A stretch of 36,850 nucleotides of DNA from the IMG/VR virus record IMGVR_UViG_3300025889_000368, positions 1-36,850 of that record; one strand, given 5' to 3'. Positions 35,005 through 36,850 of the stretch are shown one piece after another. The stretch is from a virus (Duplodnaviria; Caudoviricetes). The notes beneath the pieces were generated by a model. That model did not search any database, had not been told where the DNA came from, and saw only the letters and a list, made by a program, of their open reading frames with translations. Made by a program: the position numbers and the translations under genes. Each line of letters begins with the position of its first letter. Within the stretch, counting starts at the first letter, position 1.

Positions 35005-36531
35005 TTAATATTTTTTACGCATTACAAGTGTAACGGAGTACGACGACCCTGCTGTGGCTCCGTTTGTGCTGAACAAAATGTTGCCTGTCTTTCCGGCACC
35101 GGCATTGTTTGTAAGTGGACCAACCGCCCGGAAGTCCCAATCAATGCCAGAATCACCACTAATAGACAAACAGTGCTCTGGTGATGTAGCATCCCACAAA
35201 ATATCTACATCTACACCAGATGTAATTGCTTTAATTTGTTCAATGGAGACTTCTCTTACTGGCCTGCCAGTTCCCTCCTCTGGCAAAAGCTGTGATACAT
35301 CGACCTTGAGTGCTTCAGTCTCATCGGCACTAAGAATGTTTGATATTGTTATCACCGTCCGTGAACCAAAATCAATTGACGTAATGGGATCTTCTGTAAT
35401 AGAAGTCTCCGTGCCGTACAGTCGGAAAACGACCTCTTGACTGTCACTCGGCGTGGGGACGAACCCATTGAGGTTGACCACCTGTTTCAACAGATAGCCA
35501 GAACCGGATGTGTCGTCGACTCCCAGATTTACTCTGTTCGAGACATCGTAAGCTATGTCCTGACGCTCCAGATAGATAAAGAACTTGTCCCAAGAACTGA
35601 CATCTACCGGCGAGCTGAAGGGGAACCAGTACGTGGTGATTGATGTCGCTATTCCACTGAGATCGTAGGCCGCACCGGATGCCGTAGCTGCGGCGGTCAA
35701 TTCCGCGTCCTCTACGGCGCCCATGATCTGATTGATCTTGGGAGTGAACAGCGCTGTGGGTGTGCCACCACGCGACAGACCCATGCAAAAACCATTGATC
35801 GTCGTGTAATTTCCCACATCAAACAGAAAGCCAATGCGGTAGTAACCGCCGCTCCAGTTGGTAGTGTTTGTAGCGGTCGCCGGATCGGCTACCTGACTCA
35901 CCAATAGCGAGCCGACGGCGTTGCCAGCGCAGAGGATATGGGGTTCGCCCGCAGTCGAGCCGCTTGCGGAATAAACAGCAAAGTTCCAGTCAGAAGTACC
36001 TGTACTTAGGACTGAGAATCCGGTGCCAATGTCCACCTGAGAGCCATAGATAGGTGAGGCCCTGCGTATTGTTTTGCCGCCAGCGTATGCGTCACCACTT
36101 TGAATCCGTATCACGATGCCATTAGTGGCATCCTGAAAGTGTTCAAAGAACTCCGCAACTATTACGTATTTTGTGTTTGCGGCTGGGGTCCACGCAGACA
36201 GCACCGGATAGTAGTCTGCTTCGCTATTTGAAATATCTGTTGCATAAAACGGACTTGTTGCCAGTGGTGAGCCCGTTGGCAAGTCAGATGACTGTGCATA
36301 AACGGCGAACCTCAACAACCCCTGCTTATTGGCGGTGGTGTGCCGCATCCTTACGCGCAGCCCGCTTACTTCTGATGGGCTGTTACCGAACGTCACGCTC
36401 TGCCCGATACCACTGGGATAGGAAGATTCGGATACGTTACCGTCATCCGAAGTCTGCTCTTGGTCCACCACCCCTGCCGGGGCTGAAGTCGGTAGGCTAA
36501 CGCCTCGGTATGCGTGAAAACGTGGTCCCAT
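35005..36531 (-). CDS. Virion protein: beta-sandwich domains fused to a copy of the 133-aa protein
   Basis: The last ~130 aa align with the whole 34590-34991 product (KVDVS.L.PE..TGR, VDILWDAT, DFR..GPLTNNAGAG.TG, LVM.KKY). Confidence 0.75.
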   Translation of the reverse strand: MGPRFHAYRGVSLPTSAPAGVVDQEQTSDDGNVSESSYPSGIGQSVTFGNSPSEVSGLRVRMRHTTANKQGLLRFAVYAQSSDLPTGSPLATSPFYATDISNSEADYYPVLSAWTPAANTKYVIVAEFFEHFQDATNGIVIRIQSGDAYAGGKTIRRASPIYGSQVDIGTGFSVLSTGTSDWNFAVYSASGSTAGEPHILCAGNAVGSLLVSQVADPATATNTTNWSGGYYRIGFLFDVGNYTTINGFCMGLSRGGTPTALFTPKINQIMGAVEDAELTAAATASGAAYDLSGIATSITTYWFPFSSPVDVSSWDKFFIYLERQDIAYDVSNRVNLGVDDTSGSGYLLKQVVNLNGFVPTPSDSQEVVFRLYGTETSITEDPITSIDFGSRTVITISNILSADETEALKVDVSQLLPEEGTGRPVREVSIEQIKAITSGVDVDILWDATSPEHCLSISGDSGIDWDFRAVGPLTNNAGAGKTGNILFSTNGATAGSSYSVTLVMRKKY

Positions 36532-36848
36532 CAGACGATAACAAAGGTGTCGTTTTCAAGCGGGGCGGTCGTGATCGTGGTGAAACCGACCACCCCATCC
36601 GTTGCGGTGTATGACACGATTCGCCCCGCTTGCCCTGCCGCCGTGCCACCCGTGAACACAATCGTGCGTCCGACGAGTTCACTGTTCGCATAAGCCGTTA
36701 GGTCAGACGAGCAGGAAGCCGTCCCAAGGCTCGTGGCTCCGACCGTGCCGGTGATGTACGGACTTACGATTGTGTCTACATTAGCATCAACAATCGCAAG
36801 GTCTGCGGCAGAGGCTGTATATGTGCGATCCACGACACCCACGCGCCA
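36531..36848 (-). CDS. Virion structural protein, C-terminal fragment (5'-truncated)
   Basis: Frame stays open to the window edge; C-terminus paralogous to 32208-32810. Confidence 0.65.
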   Translation of the reverse strand, partial: WRVGVVDRTYTASAADLAIVDANVDTIVSPYITGTVGATSLGTASCSSDLTAYANSELVGRTIVFTGGTAAGQAGRIVSYTATDGVVGFTTITTAPLENDTFVIV

Positions 36849-36850
36849 CG

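Noticed and set aside
15282-36500. Numerous + strand ORFs over the structural arm (for example 21095-21745, 27388-27885, 35054-35440)
   Set aside because: Antisense shadows of tightly packed - strand genes; no RBS or recognisable motifs.
32208-36848. Duplicated segments as a diversity-generating retroelement TR/VR pair
   Set aside because: No reverse transcriptase in the window, both copies are coding, and the differences are not adenine-specific.

Overview
This window is most of a tailed-phage genome (podovirus-like, uncultured-Caudoviricetes organisation) with two converging arms. The + strand arm (1-14113) opens with an early, probably anti-defence cassette array: a C-terminal fragment of an ArdA-like antirestriction protein, acidic hypotheticals and two paralogous pentapeptide-repeat proteins, most of them preceded by a conserved palindrome+Shine-Dalgarno element. 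It continues with an SLT lytic transglycosylase, an AAA+ ATPase / helical protein / HExxH-vWA triad, a T7 gp4-like primase-helicase, an inverted RusA gene, and a PD-(D/E)XK nuclease / Sak3-like annealase / SSB / ribbon-helix-helix cluster. The - strand arm (36850-14097) holds virion adaptor, tail and decoration genes, several internal (ejection-type) proteins including an LPD38 protein, and a lysis region (DUF5675-type endolysin, holin-like, spanin-like, metallophosphoesterase). No terminase, portal, major capsid, DNA polymerase, integrase, tRNA or CRISPR array is visible. The most striking unexplained signals are: (i) an (A)GAAA-N3-TTTC(T) palindrome, doubled in front of early genes and scattered singly inside CDSs on both arms; (ii) a candidate antisense sRNA with its own promoter and terminator just upstream of the primase-helicase; (iii) a repeated short hydrophobic-x-x-GG peptide motif shared by the internal virion proteins. 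All family assignments come from motif recognition by eye, not from database searches.
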